From Candidatus Uhrbacteria bacterium (GTDB taxonomy: Bacteria > Patescibacteriota > Patescibacteriia > UBA9934 > GWF2-40-263): 64,000 nucleotides of DNA. The notes beneath the pieces are model-generated. The model made no database searches, was not told the origin of the DNA, and was given only the letters and a program-made list of their open reading frames with translations. The stretch covers positions 1,168 through 65,167 of the forward strand of contig JABMNY010000031.1 of assembly GCA_013204385.1 (NCBI GenBank), in the 5' to 3' direction. Made by a program: the position numbers and the translations under genes. Positions 49,009-59,074 of the stretch are shown piece after piece. Position 1 is the first letter of the stretch. The number at the start of each line of letters is the position of its first letter.

Positions 49009-51348
49009 ATGTCTAAACTTCTTATCGTCGAGTCACCGACGAAGGCGAAAACAATTTCAAAATATTTAGGGAAAGACTACATCGTTCTTTCCTCTTTTGG
49101 TCATATTCGAGACTTACCAAAAAGTCAGCTTGGAGTCGATCTCGAACATGATTTTGCGCCGACCTACACCGTTCCCACAAAAAGCAAAAAGGCGGTTGCA
49201 GAACTCAAGCGTGCCGCAAAAATTGCAGACACGATTTACCTGGCGACCGACGAAGATCGTGAAGGAGAAGCCATTGCCTGGCATGTGGCGGAAGCCTTGA
49301 ACCTCGACGCATCAAAACGCAAGCGGATTACCTTTCACGAAATTACAAAAGCCGCGGTCGAAGAAGCCGTAAAGGAACCTCGAGAAATTGATTTGAATCT
49401 TGTGAACGCGCAACAAGCGCGTCGTATTCTTGACCGTCTCGTTGGATACGAACTTTCTCCATTTCTTTGGCAGAAGATTCGCTACGGGCTTTCTGCTGGA
49501 CGTGTCCAGTCTGTCGCGACACGACTCATTGTGGATCGTGAACGTGAACGACGTGCATTTGACGTTGAAGAATTCTGGACCATTGATGCAGAGTTTAAAA
49601 AAGATGAGCTCAACTTTCCTGCAAAACTCACGACAATCCAGGGCAAGAAAGTTGATAAGCTCGACATCAAAACAGAAGAAGACGCACAAAAAATTGTACA
49701 AGATCTTGCGGGAGCAGAGGCTCGTGTTGAAACCGTAGAGAAAAAACTTGTTAAAAAGACCCCTCCTACCCCATACGCCACTTCCACTCTTCAAATTGAT
49801 GCAAATACAAAGCTTGGATTCAGCGCCAAGCAAACGATGCGTCTTGCGCAAGAACTCTATGAGACAGGTCGCATTACCTACATGCGAACAGACTCCATGA
49901 ACATGGCTGAAAAGTTTCTCGATGAAGCTCAAGTGTTTATCAAAGCAACCTACGGAGAACGATACGCAGAAGGGGCAAAGCGTTATAAGACAAAAAAGAA
50001 AGGAGCTCAAGAAGCCCATGAAGCCATTCGTCCAACAGATGCTTCTGTTACCCCAGAGTCGCTCCAAGGAACACTTGAACCTAGAACCGTTAAACTCTAC
50101 AAACTCATTTGGAGTCGCACCATTGCTTCTCAACTTCCTTCTGCGGAACTCAACCGCACAAGCGTCGACATTACCGTTAAGGATTACCGCTTCCGCGCAA
50201 ATGGCTCTTCTGTTGCATTTGATGGATTCATGAAGGTCTATCAATCTGCAAAAGAAAAACTTCTTCCTGATCTCACAGAGGGAACCATCCTTGAGACAAC
50301 ATCCATTCTTCCCACACAACACTTCACAGAACCTCCTGCGCGTTTTTCAGACGCAAGCCTTGTGAAGGTACTTGAAGAGCACGGGATTGGTCGTCCGTCT
50401 ACCTATGCACCTACCATCAGCACCATTATTGATCGAGGCTACGTAGAACGGGATGATCACAAAAAACTTGCACCAACAGACATTGCTCTGATTGTCAGCG
50501 ATATGCTCGTAGAGCATTTTCCCCAGATCGTTGATTACGAGTTTACTGCCACAATGGAAAATACACTCGACGAAGTGGCCGAAGGAAAGGTTGAATGGGT
50601 CCCGATGATGGAGGCGTTCTATGGTCCATTCCATCAAAACCTCATGGCAAAAACGAAGGAACTTGTTCGAGAAGACATCATGCCTGATCGCCTATTAGGC
50701 AACGATCCAGAATCGGGTCTGCCTGTGATTGTGAAGACAGGACGCTTCGGCGGTTTTGTCCAGGTTGGAGAATATACCAAAGAAGACAAAGAAGAAGGAA
50801 AACCAAAACCAAAAAGTGCATCTCTCTTGAAAGGGATGTACATGGAGTCTGTAACGCTTGAACAAGCGCTCGACTGTCTATCTCTTCCACGTGAAGTTGG
50901 GAAAACAGAGGAAGGAGACGTCATCATGGCAGCTGTTGGACGCTTTGGACCGTATCTCAAAGCTGGAGAGGTTACATCAAGCCTGAAAGAGCCACATGAA
51001 CCACTCACGATTGATGAGGCAACTGCACGGATCATCTTAAAAGAATCAGCGGAGCTGAAAAAGAAGATGGCTACACCGATTGCTGAGTACGGAGAAGATC
51101 CAACAACGAAAGGTCAAATCCTTTTGAAGCATGGGCGATTCGGACCGTATCTCACAGACGGAGAGACAAATGCTTCACTTGGAAAAACACGAGACCCCGC
51201 AGACATCACGCGCGAAATTGCCATTGAGATTTTGGTGAAGAAACGTGCCCAAGGCCCAAGCAGGTTTGGAAAAGGAAAAACAGCAACGAAGAAACCTCCT
51301 GCAAAAAAGAAACCAAAACCAAAGACAAAGAAACCAAAGGAATCATAA
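49009..51348 (+). CDS. topA: DNA topoisomerase I
   Basis: 'IVESPTKAKTI','ATDEDREGE','SAGRVQS','ITYMRTD'; C-terminal GRFGPY repeats. Confidence 0.97.
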   Translation: MSKLLIVESPTKAKTISKYLGKDYIVLSSFGHIRDLPKSQLGVDLEHDFAPTYTVPTKSKKAVAELKRAAKIADTIYLATDEDREGEAIAWHVAEALNLDASKRKRITFHEITKAAVEEAVKEPREIDLNLVNAQQARRILDRLVGYELSPFLWQKIRYGLSAGRVQSVATRLIVDRERERRAFDVEEFWTIDAEFKKDELNFPAKLTTIQGKKVDKLDIKTEEDAQKIVQDLAGAEARVETVEKKLVKKTPPTPYATSTLQIDANTKLGFSAKQTMRLAQELYETGRITYMRTDSMNMAEKFLDEAQVFIKATYGERYAEGAKRYKTKKKGAQEAHEAIRPTDASVTPESLQGTLEPRTVKLYKLIWSRTIASQLPSAELNRTSVDITVKDYRFRANGSSVAFDGFMKVYQSAKEKLLPDLTEGTILETTSILPTQHFTEPPARFSDASLVKVLEEHGIGRPSTYAPTISTIIDRGYVERDDHKKLAPTDIALIVSDMLVEHFPQIVDYEFTATMENTLDEVAEGKVEWVPMMEAFYGPFHQNLMAKTKELVREDIMPDRLLGNDPESGLPVIVKTGRFGGFVQVGEYTKEDKEEGKPKPKSASLLKGMYMESVTLEQALDCLSLPREVGKTEEGDVIMAAVGRFGPYLKAGEVTSSLKEPHEPLTIDEATARIILKESAELKKKMATPIAEYGEDPTTKGQILLKHGRFGPYLTDGETNASLGKTRDPADITREIAIEILVKKRAQGPSRFGKGKTATKKPPAKKKPKPKTKKPKES

Positions 51349-51381
51349 AACGGGCATCTGCCCGTTTTATCATTATCTTTT

Positions 51382-52188
51382 TTATGCAGCCGCAGCCGTA
51401 GGTTCTGCAGGTGCAGCAGGTTCATCCTTCTTTGCCGCATCATCAAGCTCTTCTCCAAGGAGCTTTGCGACATCATCTCCAAACTTTTCTTTAAGCACGG
51501 TTTGACGCTTTGTTTTCTTCGCAGCCGCATCAAGGCCCTTATAATACTTTTTCTCATTCGCTAAAAATTCTTTGTGCAATTTATCGACTAATTTTTTCCG
51601 CGCTTCCTTATTTGCTTTGATGTATTGATACAGAGACTTATCAAGCCCTAGAAATTTCGCAGATGAATCTAAGAGCGATACAAGTGGATTCAGGACATAT
51701 TTGAGGAGAGGAATGTTTTTATCAATCAATTTATTCCCAATCTTATCTAATCCTCGACCAAGCCAATCCATTCCGTACAAGATGCTTCTTACTCCAAATC
51801 CAACTGTCTTTGCTCCCACGTACGTAAGCGCCGCCGCTGATCCAACTGCGACACTCACACCAGTCTTTCCTTTTTCCGCTGAATAAGAACCAGCTCTTTT
51901 TGCGTAGTCCTTCAAAAAGATAAGCTTCCCTTCTGGAGCATCAGCCAGATCGACTATTGAAATCTCCGTAAGTTCTCCGGATTCTGTGCCAGAAGCTTCT
52001 GCACTCATACGTGCCTGTTCTCGCGCCGCAGCAATTGCCGCGGCATCCATAGCCGTATCTGGTGTACGCGTGGGACGGACAACATCTGGAATCTTTGGAC
52101 CTGTGTCTCTTGTTCTCGAGCCTGGTGCAGAACCTTCACGCGAAGTATCAGGTTGACGTCTTAAAGACTCACGACGGTTTGTTGCCAT
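51382..52188 (-). CDS. hypothetical protein
   Basis: Long ORF from ATG 52188. Confidence 0.65.
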   Translation of the reverse strand: MATNRRESLRRQPDTSREGSAPGSRTRDTGPKIPDVVRPTRTPDTAMDAAAIAAAREQARMSAEASGTESGELTEISIVDLADAPEGKLIFLKDYAKRAGSYSAEKGKTGVSVAVGSAAALTYVGAKTVGFGVRSILYGMDWLGRGLDKIGNKLIDKNIPLLKYVLNPLVSLLDSSAKFLGLDKSLYQYIKANKEARKKLVDKLHKEFLANEKKYYKGLDAAAKKTKRQTVLKEKFGDDVAKLLGEELDDAAKKDEPAAPAEPTAAAA

Positions 52189-52287
52189 AGGTTGATATTT
52201 AATTGTCCTTAATATAGCACAAAAACGCAGTTTTGTCAACGGAACTCTGTCTTTACGGAAGCTTCTGCTCCATGTATCGTACAAGGT

Positions 52288-53787
52288 ATGCATGAGACGA
52301 TTCGCATCTATGACGACCTGGAACGGCTCGTCAAAAAAACATACGCAGCACCGGACTTAGAAACACTCCGGCGCGCTTTTGCGCTCGCAGATTCTGCCCA
52401 CGCGGGAGAAGTACGTCTCACAGGACATCCTGTCATCTCGCATCCCATCGCTGTTGCCTATCGTTTGGCCGAAATGGGGCTTCATCTTAATGTGATTGTT
52501 GCAGGACTTCTTCACGATGTTGTTGAGGATTCAGATGTAACTATCGAAGACTTAAAAACGCAGTTTGGGGACGATGTCGCATCTTTGGTGGAAAGCGTCA
52601 CAAAACTCAAGCACGGCATTAAATACCGAGGAACAGAACGTTACGCTGAAAACATGCGTAAGATGTTTCTTGCGATGGCAAGTGATGTCCGCGTCGTCTT
52701 CATGAAATTTGCCGACCGTCTTCATAATCTTGAGACGCTTTACGGTCAACCAAAAAACAAACAAGAACGCATTGCACGTGAGTCTCTTGAGATCTATGCA
52801 CCAATCGCGGGACGACTCGGGATGAGTGAGTTTAAGGGAGAACTTGAAGACGGATCGTTTGCCTACCTCCAACCAAAGGAATACGAGCGGATGAAAAATA
52901 TCATGGACATTAAGGTTCGTGAGAAAGGAGCGTACGTGAGTCGTATTATCGATCAAGTAGAAAAACTTCTTGGCTCTACAAGCGTCACAGATTTTCAAGT
53001 TCATGGACGCATCAAGCGTCTCTTTAGCCTCTCTAAGAAGTTAAAGAAGTACCAGGGAGATTTAAGTAAGATTTATGACCTTATCGCTATTCGGATTATT
53101 GTGAGTGATGTCGAAGAGTGCTACATGGCGCTGGGACTCCTCCATCAAAAGTGGCGACCGGTACCGGGACGCATTAAGGACTACATTGCCCAACCAAAGC
53201 CAAATGGCTATCAATCCCTTCACACAACCGTTTTTACAGAAAATGGAGAGATCATCGAGTTTCAAATTCGAACCCTCGAGATGCATGAACTTGCTGAATA
53301 CGGAGTCGCCGCTCACTGGCGCTATAAAGAGGGTTCACGCAAGGCAGTAAAGAATACCCGCTGGATGGAAGAGCTTGCGCAAATTCAGAAAGAACTCCAA
53401 ACAAAAAAAGACTTCATGGAGCAGTTAGAAGTCATGAAGATCGATGTTTTTCGAGATCGTATATTCGTCTTTACTCCTCAAGGAGACGTGATAGATCTTC
53501 CAGAAGGCGCCACTCCGATTGATTTTGCCTACGCCATCCACACAGAAGTAGGAAACAAGTGTACGGCGTCGCGCATTAATGAAGTCATGCGAAACCTTGA
53601 TACCCCTCTAAAGTCAGGAGACATTGTGGAAGTCATTACAGACAAGAACCGTCGTGGTCCAAATCCAGACTGGCTCAAATTCGCTAAAACGCGCCACGCC
53701 CGAACAAAAATTAAAGACTCAACAAAAAGCACGGTCAAAGGCTGGTTCGCAGAAGTACTCAAAGGACGCGAGCGAGCAAAGAAATAG
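52288..53787 (+). CDS. rel: RelA/SpoT homologue (HD, synthetase and TGS; no ACT domain)
   Basis: 'LLHDVVED','KDYIAQPKPNGYQSLHT','EFQIRT','AAHWRYK','DFAYAIHT'. Confidence 0.93.
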   Translation: MHETIRIYDDLERLVKKTYAAPDLETLRRAFALADSAHAGEVRLTGHPVISHPIAVAYRLAEMGLHLNVIVAGLLHDVVEDSDVTIEDLKTQFGDDVASLVESVTKLKHGIKYRGTERYAENMRKMFLAMASDVRVVFMKFADRLHNLETLYGQPKNKQERIARESLEIYAPIAGRLGMSEFKGELEDGSFAYLQPKEYERMKNIMDIKVREKGAYVSRIIDQVEKLLGSTSVTDFQVHGRIKRLFSLSKKLKKYQGDLSKIYDLIAIRIIVSDVEECYMALGLLHQKWRPVPGRIKDYIAQPKPNGYQSLHTTVFTENGEIIEFQIRTLEMHELAEYGVAAHWRYKEGSRKAVKNTRWMEELAQIQKELQTKKDFMEQLEVMKIDVFRDRIFVFTPQGDVIDLPEGATPIDFAYAIHTEVGNKCTASRINEVMRNLDTPLKSGDIVEVITDKNRRGPNPDWLKFAKTRHARTKIKDSTKSTVKGWFAEVLKGRERAKK

Positions 53788-53852
53788 TGTATATTTGTCT
53801 ACACCCCCGAAAAAAGATATATTATATTTGTTATTACTAAGTATTACTCATT

Positions 53853-54089
53853 ATGGCGAGACAAACAAAAATACTTTCTATTTCTCTTCCTGTTGGACTC
53901 ACAAAAGCCATGGATATTCTTTCAAAACAGACCGAGCAAACACGGAGTGAACTCGTTCGAAGCGCATTGCACGAATACATCATGGATACAGCAGAGGATC
54001 GGGAAAGATTTTTAGAAGCGTACAAAACCACTCGAGAAGAAAAGACTATCTCTATGGAAGCATTAAGAAAGAAATACGATCTTGTTTAA
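53853..54089 (+). CDS. ribbon-helix-helix antitoxin
   Basis: 'ILSISLP...TRSELVRSAL'; directly upstream of a RelE-like gene. Confidence 0.8.
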   Translation: MARQTKILSISLPVGLTKAMDILSKQTEQTRSELVRSALHEYIMDTAEDRERFLEAYKTTREEKTISMEALRKKYDLV

Positions 54090-54090
54090 T

Positions 54091-54363
54091 ATGTACAAGA
54101 TCGTTTTTACTTCTCGCTTTGAACGAACGTTTAAAAAGCTCGACAAAAAAACACAACGCCTACTTCTTGAGGCAATTGAACAGCTCGCTCAAGATCCTTT
54201 TAACCAGCCTCATATCAGAAAAATCATTGGAATTAAACAAAACGGTTTCCGTTTACGAGTTGGACGTTGGAGAATTCTGTATATTCTCTTGACCAAAGAG
54301 GAGGTCTTAGAGGTTATCGATTTATTCATGCGAAAAGAACAAGGAGATTATCGACGAATGTAG
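54091..54363 (+). CDS. RelE/ParE-family toxin
   Basis: 'YKIVFT..F...FKKL','FRLRVGRWRILY'. Confidence 0.85.
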   Translation: MYKIVFTSRFERTFKKLDKKTQRLLLEAIEQLAQDPFNQPHIRKIIGIKQNGFRLRVGRWRILYILLTKEEVLEVIDLFMRKEQGDYRRM

Positions 54364-54467
54364 AATTTTGTGAAAGTTTGAGTTTAGGCGAAGTGGACGA
54401 TTCATTTTTAAAAAAACACCCCACCGACAGCAAGCCACCGGAAGGGTGAATCTTGCTGAGGGCGGGG

Positions 54468-54704
54468 TCAGTTACGTCTCGTGTCTTCGTATTCGAGAGT
54501 GATGAAGGCCTTGTAGAGCATCAGACCGAAGGGAACTACGATGCTAATCATGCTCAACAGGCCAATGAACCAGTCGGGCGAACCCTTCTCGTACCAGTCA
54601 AGGCCGAAGATCAGCAGACCCAGGACGCCCATCGACCAGATGACGAGACATGCAAGTGCGTCCCCTTGACCGAATACGTGTGGTTCTGGTAGTTGGAGTT
54701 TCAT
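54468..54704 (-). CDS. small 2-TM hypothetical protein
   Basis: AGGAG SD; ATGA overlap with the upstream gene. Confidence 0.55.
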   Translation of the reverse strand: MKLQLPEPHVFGQGDALACLVIWSMGVLGLLIFGLDWYEKGSPDWFIGLLSMISIVVPFGLMLYKAFITLEYEDTRRN

Positions 54705-55030
54705 GGAGTGCTCCTATCAGTTGGGAAAGGTGTAGGTTTCGATCGCATCTTCCTGCCCAGCCAGCTACCGACCATACTGGCGCTCACTATGATCGTTCCT
54801 GGAATGGCGAGGAATAGAGCGAACATCTGTGGCATGGTGTGAACCTCCAGCTTCATCATCAAAAGGCAGGTGCCTCCACCAAGACTGCACACCGAGATAA
54901 TGCTGATGATGTTCATCATCCCTCGCTGTAGGGCAGTAGTGTCAGACCAGCGATTGCCGTAAAGCCAGCAACAATACACCAGGAGCAGTAGGGTACCCAC
55001 AGTTAAGAGGAGAGCGATGTAAAGAGTCAT
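54701..55030 (-). CDS. 3-TM hypothetical protein
   Basis: GGAG SD; hydrophobic helices. Confidence 0.6.
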   Translation of the reverse strand: MTLYIALLLTVGTLLLLVYCCWLYGNRWSDTTALQRGMMNIISIISVCSLGGGTCLLMMKLEVHTMPQMFALFLAIPGTIIVSASMVGSWLGRKMRSKPTPFPTDRSTP

Positions 55031-55041
55031 GGTTTTCTCCG

Positions 55042-55554
55042 TTAAACGAAGCGGTCAGTGGGGGGGTTGGTGGGTAGAGTGGTCGAAGATACATCGTCGA
55101 TGGTCTGTGGTGTTTCCTTTTTGAAGGTCTTTGAGGCACTTAAGACCTCGAGGACCACATGGACACCAGTCACTCCGGGGAGGCCCTTCTTGGCCAGCGA
55201 AGCTCCGAGAGCCTCAAGGTAGCGCTGGTAGGCGTAGACCTGCTGACGTCGAAGATTGCGCGTCCCGGGGTAGATCGAGAACCAATAGCGTGGTGCGCTG
55301 TTGGGCATCCCGTTCTGTGGGATCGGATCGCCGTGGATGTAGAAGATGCTGTCCGCGTTGGCATCCGGGTGCAGGTGGTCATCGACCCAGGGTTGCTGTG
55401 CATCGACCTCGAGGATTGCTACCCGAAGGAAGTCGATGTCCTCGATGCCGTATGCGTGGAAGACGACTTGACCACGAATGGTGTAGGGACGATCCTTCGA
55501 CCATTGAAGCATCGACAGGAGCGCCTCGCCCCATCTTTCTATGAGGGTACTCAT
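55042..55554 (-). CDS. hypothetical protein
   Basis: GAGG SD before ATG 55554; promoter TTGACA-17-TACTCT upstream. Confidence 0.6.
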   Translation of the reverse strand: MSTLIERWGEALLSMLQWSKDRPYTIRGQVVFHAYGIEDIDFLRVAILEVDAQQPWVDDHLHPDANADSIFYIHGDPIPQNGMPNSAPRYWFSIYPGTRNLRRQQVYAYQRYLEALGASLAKKGLPGVTGVHVVLEVLSASKTFKKETPQTIDDVSSTTLPTNPPTDRFV

Positions 55555-55728
55555 CGAGATACCTCTTTCTTTGAAGCTTCGCCAACGGGGCGATGACCGG
55601 TCACATACCTTTGCAGTAACGGGAAAGAGTACCTTTTTTTCAATCATTTGTCAATCGTTCCTCCTCCAAAATTAAACACACACAATCAAAAACACTCCTG
55701 TTTTGCGGGGGTGTTTTGTATGACTGTT

Positions 55729-56592
55729 TTAAAATCCTGAGAGTCGGTCGAGTAAATCTATAAGTTCTTCTCGGGAGTAAAAGGCGATGGAGATGGCTCC
55801 CTTTCCTGCAGACTCCTTGATATCTACTTTCGTTCCGAGAATCTCTCGAAGACGTTTTTCATGCGCGAGCAGGTTTGGATCTTTGCGCGACGTTCCTTTT
55901 GAGGATGTGCTCCGTGACGTTCCACCCACACGAGCTTCTGCTTCACGGACACTCACTCCCCCACCTAACATCGCTTCAAAAAGGTCTGTACGCTTCACTG
56001 CGTCGGGTTCCGCAAGAAGGGTGCGCGCGTGCGACTTTGAGATCTTTCCTTCGCGTAGAGCCATGAGCATCGCCTCGGGAAGCTCAAGAAGTCTGAGTGT
56101 GTTTGCGACGTTCGAACGACTCTTTCCAACACGTTTTCCAACTTCTTCTTGTGTGAGATTAAACTCATCCACAAGTGCCTTGTACGCAATTGCTTCTTCA
56201 AACGCATTCAAATCCTGACGTTGAATATTTTCAATAAGCGCCAGTTCAAGTTTCAATTGTTCAGATGCTTCGCGCACAATCACAGGAACGGTCTTCAGTC
56301 CCAGTGCCCTGGACGCACGCAAACGTCGCTCTCCTGCGATCAACTCATACCCCTTCTGGGCGCGAGTAGCGACAAGAGGCTGGAGAATGCCGTGTTCTTT
56401 AATGGACGCAATAAGGTCTTCAAGGTCTGAGGGGGAAAAATGATGACGAGGTTGGTGTGGATTCTCGACAATCTCATCAACCGAAACTTCCAAGACAATT
56501 GTTTTTGCCTCTGGGAGAATCTGTTCTGTGATCGTTTGTTTTTGAGGAATCAAGGAACCAAGTCCTCTTCCTAATGCAGATTTTGTACTCAT
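55729..56592 (-). CDS. parB: chromosome partitioning protein ParB
   Basis: 'LGRGLGSL','NPHQPR','IAGERRLRA','ENIQRQDL'. Confidence 0.96.
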   Translation of the reverse strand: MSTKSALGRGLGSLIPQKQTITEQILPEAKTIVLEVSVDEIVENPHQPRHHFSPSDLEDLIASIKEHGILQPLVATRAQKGYELIAGERRLRASRALGLKTVPVIVREASEQLKLELALIENIQRQDLNAFEEAIAYKALVDEFNLTQEEVGKRVGKSRSNVANTLRLLELPEAMLMALREGKISKSHARTLLAEPDAVKRTDLFEAMLGGGVSVREAEARVGGTSRSTSSKGTSRKDPNLLAHEKRLREILGTKVDIKESAGKGAISIAFYSREELIDLLDRLSGF

Positions 56593-56595
56593 AGG

Positions 56596-57369
56596 CTAAA
56601 GTCGACCTTCTTCACGTAACATAAATTCTCGAGCAAGACGTTCGTAGGCTTTCGCTGCTTTTGACGTAGGATCATACCCGAGAATCGTCTTCCCAAATGA
56701 CGGAGCCTCAGCGAGGCGAATCGAACGAGGAATGACACTGCGAAAAATCTTATCTGGAAAATAACGATACAACTCTTCTAATACCTCTTTTGAGAGTCGT
56801 GTACGACCGTCGTACATCGTAATGACAGCCCCCATGACATCAAGGCTGGGCTTAATGTTCTCTCGCACAAGATTTACGGTATTCAGAAGCTGTGTAAGCC
56901 CTTCAAGCGCGTAATACTCTGCTTGCACGGGGATAAGAACGGAATCTGCTGCCACAAGCCCATTGAGCGTCAGCATTCCGAGTGAAGGAGGATTGTCGAT
57001 GAAAATATAGTCGTAATCATTTCGAACTTCTAAAAGTGCCTTACGCAGAAAGTGCTCGCGCTCGTCCGCATTCACAAGTTCTACACTCGCTCCTGCCAAT
57101 GCTTGCGTTGCAGGGAGAATACTGAGCCCTTGATGCGCTGTCGCGTGAATGAGATTGCGCACAGAATGCGATCCGATAAGGCCTTCATACACACCTGCTG
57201 GGAGATTTTTATGATCTATCCCTACTCCTGAGGTGGCATTCGCCTGAGGATCTAAATCAACTAAAAGCACGAACTTTCCTGCATCAGCCAAATACGCAGC
57301 CAAATTTAACGTGGTGGTTGTCTTCCCCACCCCTCCCTTTTGATTCACGACCGAAATTATATGTGCCAT
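56596..57369 (-). CDS. parA: chromosome partitioning ATPase ParA/Soj
   Basis: 'NQKGGVGKTTT','DLDPQAN','QAEYYALEG'. Confidence 0.96.
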   Translation of the reverse strand: MAHIISVVNQKGGVGKTTTTLNLAAYLADAGKFVLLVDLDPQANATSGVGIDHKNLPAGVYEGLIGSHSVRNLIHATAHQGLSILPATQALAGASVELVNADEREHFLRKALLEVRNDYDYIFIDNPPSLGMLTLNGLVAADSVLIPVQAEYYALEGLTQLLNTVNLVRENIKPSLDVMGAVITMYDGRTRLSKEVLEELYRYFPDKIFRSVIPRSIRLAEAPSFGKTILGYDPTSKAAKAYERLAREFMLREEGRL

Positions 57370-57447
57370 AACAGTAGCGCAATTATACCTAAATTTGGGT
57401 TCAAGCGAAAGTTGACGTATGATGAATCTATAAACGTAAACAATCAT

Positions 57448-57678
57448 ATGCCAAAACAGGAAAATGATTTTCTCAATATGCTTCGTGACGCCGTCGGTGG
57501 AGCGGTTGCAGGACTGATCACAGGACTCGTCTTGGGGATCGCGATCCAGTTCATCAGTTATATCGTGCTTCCAATAGAGTTTCGTGATGGACCTCAAGTC
57601 ATTGCTCCATTCCTAGGAATGGGATTCGGAACCCTCGTAGGAGCTATTTTAGGAGGAATGGTGAGTTTAAAGAAATAG
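57448..57678 (+). CDS. small Gly-rich 2-TM protein
   Basis: ATG 57448; two hydrophobic helices. Confidence 0.6.
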   Translation: MPKQENDFLNMLRDAVGGAVAGLITGLVLGIAIQFISYIVLPIEFRDGPQVIAPFLGMGFGTLVGAILGGMVSLKK

Positions 57679-57746
57679 AATCCCTCACAAAAAAGACTCC
57701 AGTTTCCTGGAGTCTTTTTTGTTTGAAATACCTGCTTTCAGAAAAC

Positions 57747-58415
57747 CTATACCATTGAAGCAGGTGAAACTGATTGAGGAGGACTGTTCTTCATCGGTGA
57801 AAGGTGTCGGTACAATCCCATAACTGCAATCATTGCAACTGGAATCGACACAACCACTCCAACGAAGAACACAAGATATCCAATTATGACAACCGTTCCG
57901 ATTACCTGTTGGAATCCCAAAAGGTCCCATTTAAGTCCATCTGTCATGAGCGCACTCGCACGCATGGCATCCATCGGCTTCATCCCCCCATCAAGAACAA
58001 GCATCGGAGCAAACAGATACTTCAATGACCAAATCACACCAGGAATAATGAAGAGACATAAACCAACCATCACAACGAACGCGTACAAAATGCAGACAAG
58101 CGCATAAGGAAACGCTCGCTTCCACTCTGAAAAAAGAATACCTACAGAAACTTCTTTTCCATCAATCGCATTTAAAAATAGTCTCATAGACCCTGCCCCC
58201 ATGACGGCACCCATGACCAAATAGGAGATGAACGCTAGAAACAGAAAAAATTCGATTTGCCCTATTCCTCCTCCAATCACCATTAAAATGCTTGCTGGAA
58301 CAAATACAGCTAACCCCGAAACAAACAGTGCGGCAATGTACGTTCCAATATGTTCCTTTGCTTTTACCCACCCCATGCGCACAAGTGCTCCGTCACTAAA
58401 TAGTCTATCCGTCAT
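57747..58415 (-). CDS. DUF975-like membrane protein
   Basis: 'GLCLFIIPGVIW','AMRASALMTDG.KW.L'. Confidence 0.7.
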   Translation of the reverse strand: MTDRLFSDGALVRMGWVKAKEHIGTYIAALFVSGLAVFVPASILMVIGGGIGQIEFFLFLAFISYLVMGAVMGAGSMRLFLNAIDGKEVSVGILFSEWKRAFPYALVCILYAFVVMVGLCLFIIPGVIWSLKYLFAPMLVLDGGMKPMDAMRASALMTDGLKWDLLGFQQVIGTVVIIGYLVFFVGVVVSIPVAMIAVMGLYRHLSPMKNSPPQSVSPASMV

Positions 58416-58497
58416 AAAAAAGAATTATCTATATTATCAATCTAGTATGATTTAAGCATGCTCATGTTGTCTATACGAGACGTGGATAACACACAAA

Positions 58498-58713
58498 AAA
58501 ACACCCAAGCTTTGCTTGGGTGTTTTTGGTGCCGCGGGCGGGAATATGGGATTTTAACAAATCCCATATTGCACTCGTTCGTTCGGTACAAAAAATAAGG
58601 TTATAAATATTACTTATTTTTTGCACACTCACTCTCTCCTGCATCGAACCCGGGTGCGGATTCTCATCCTGCACCGCGGAACAAAAAACACCCAAGCTTT
58701 GCTTGGGTGTTTT
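58498..58713 (-). mobile_element. tDNA T-loop insertion element, copy 2 (in a duplicated tRNA-Leu 3' end)
   Basis: Terminator; antisense arm 58680-58654; CGGGTTCGAT 58652-58643; insert 58642-58546; ATTCCCGCCCGCGGCACCA 58545-58527; duplicated terminator. Confidence 0.75.
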
Positions 58714-58800
58714 TGGTGCCGCGGGCGGGAATCGAACCCGCACATGGTTACCCATACAGGATTTTGAGTCCTGCGCGTCTACCGGTTCCGCCACCGCGGC
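58714..58800 (-). tRNA. tRNA-Leu(CAA)
   Basis: GCCGCGG..CTCAAAA..long variable arm..GGTTCGATTCCC..CCGCGGCACCA. Confidence 0.96.
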
Positions 58801-58810
58801 ATTGTTCGCA

Positions 58811-58938
58811 CAAGCTGTCTTTAAAAAAGATGAGATACGCCGTGCTGGAAGGCGGAAAGCTCGTGAAATGTAGGTAATCCTACATTGAGCGAGTTTCCAA
58901 CTGAAGCACAAATAGATCGCTTTTTTAAAGACAGCTTG
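58811..58938. repeat. 128-bp MITE-like element between two tRNAs
   Basis: 19-bp perfect terminal inverted repeat CAAGCTGTCTTTAAAAAAG; nested internal hairpin. Confidence 0.7.
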
Positions 58939-59013
58939 GTAGCTGGAGGGGGATTCGAACCCCCGACCTCGGGCTTATGAGTCCCACGCTCTAACCAACT
59001 GAGCTATCCAGCT
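58937..59013 (-). tRNA. tRNA with CAT anticodon (Ile2 or elongator Met)
   Basis: AGCTGGA..CTCATAA..GGTTCGAATCCC..TCCAGCTACCA. Confidence 0.92.
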
Positions 59014-59074
59014 ATAAGGCACAGAGAATATAACGAATCAAAACTCTTTTGACAAGTGTCGCTCTGAAAATTTA

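Noticed and set aside
58471-58911. 146-aa ORF
   Set aside because: It runs through tRNA-Leu and the repeat elements.
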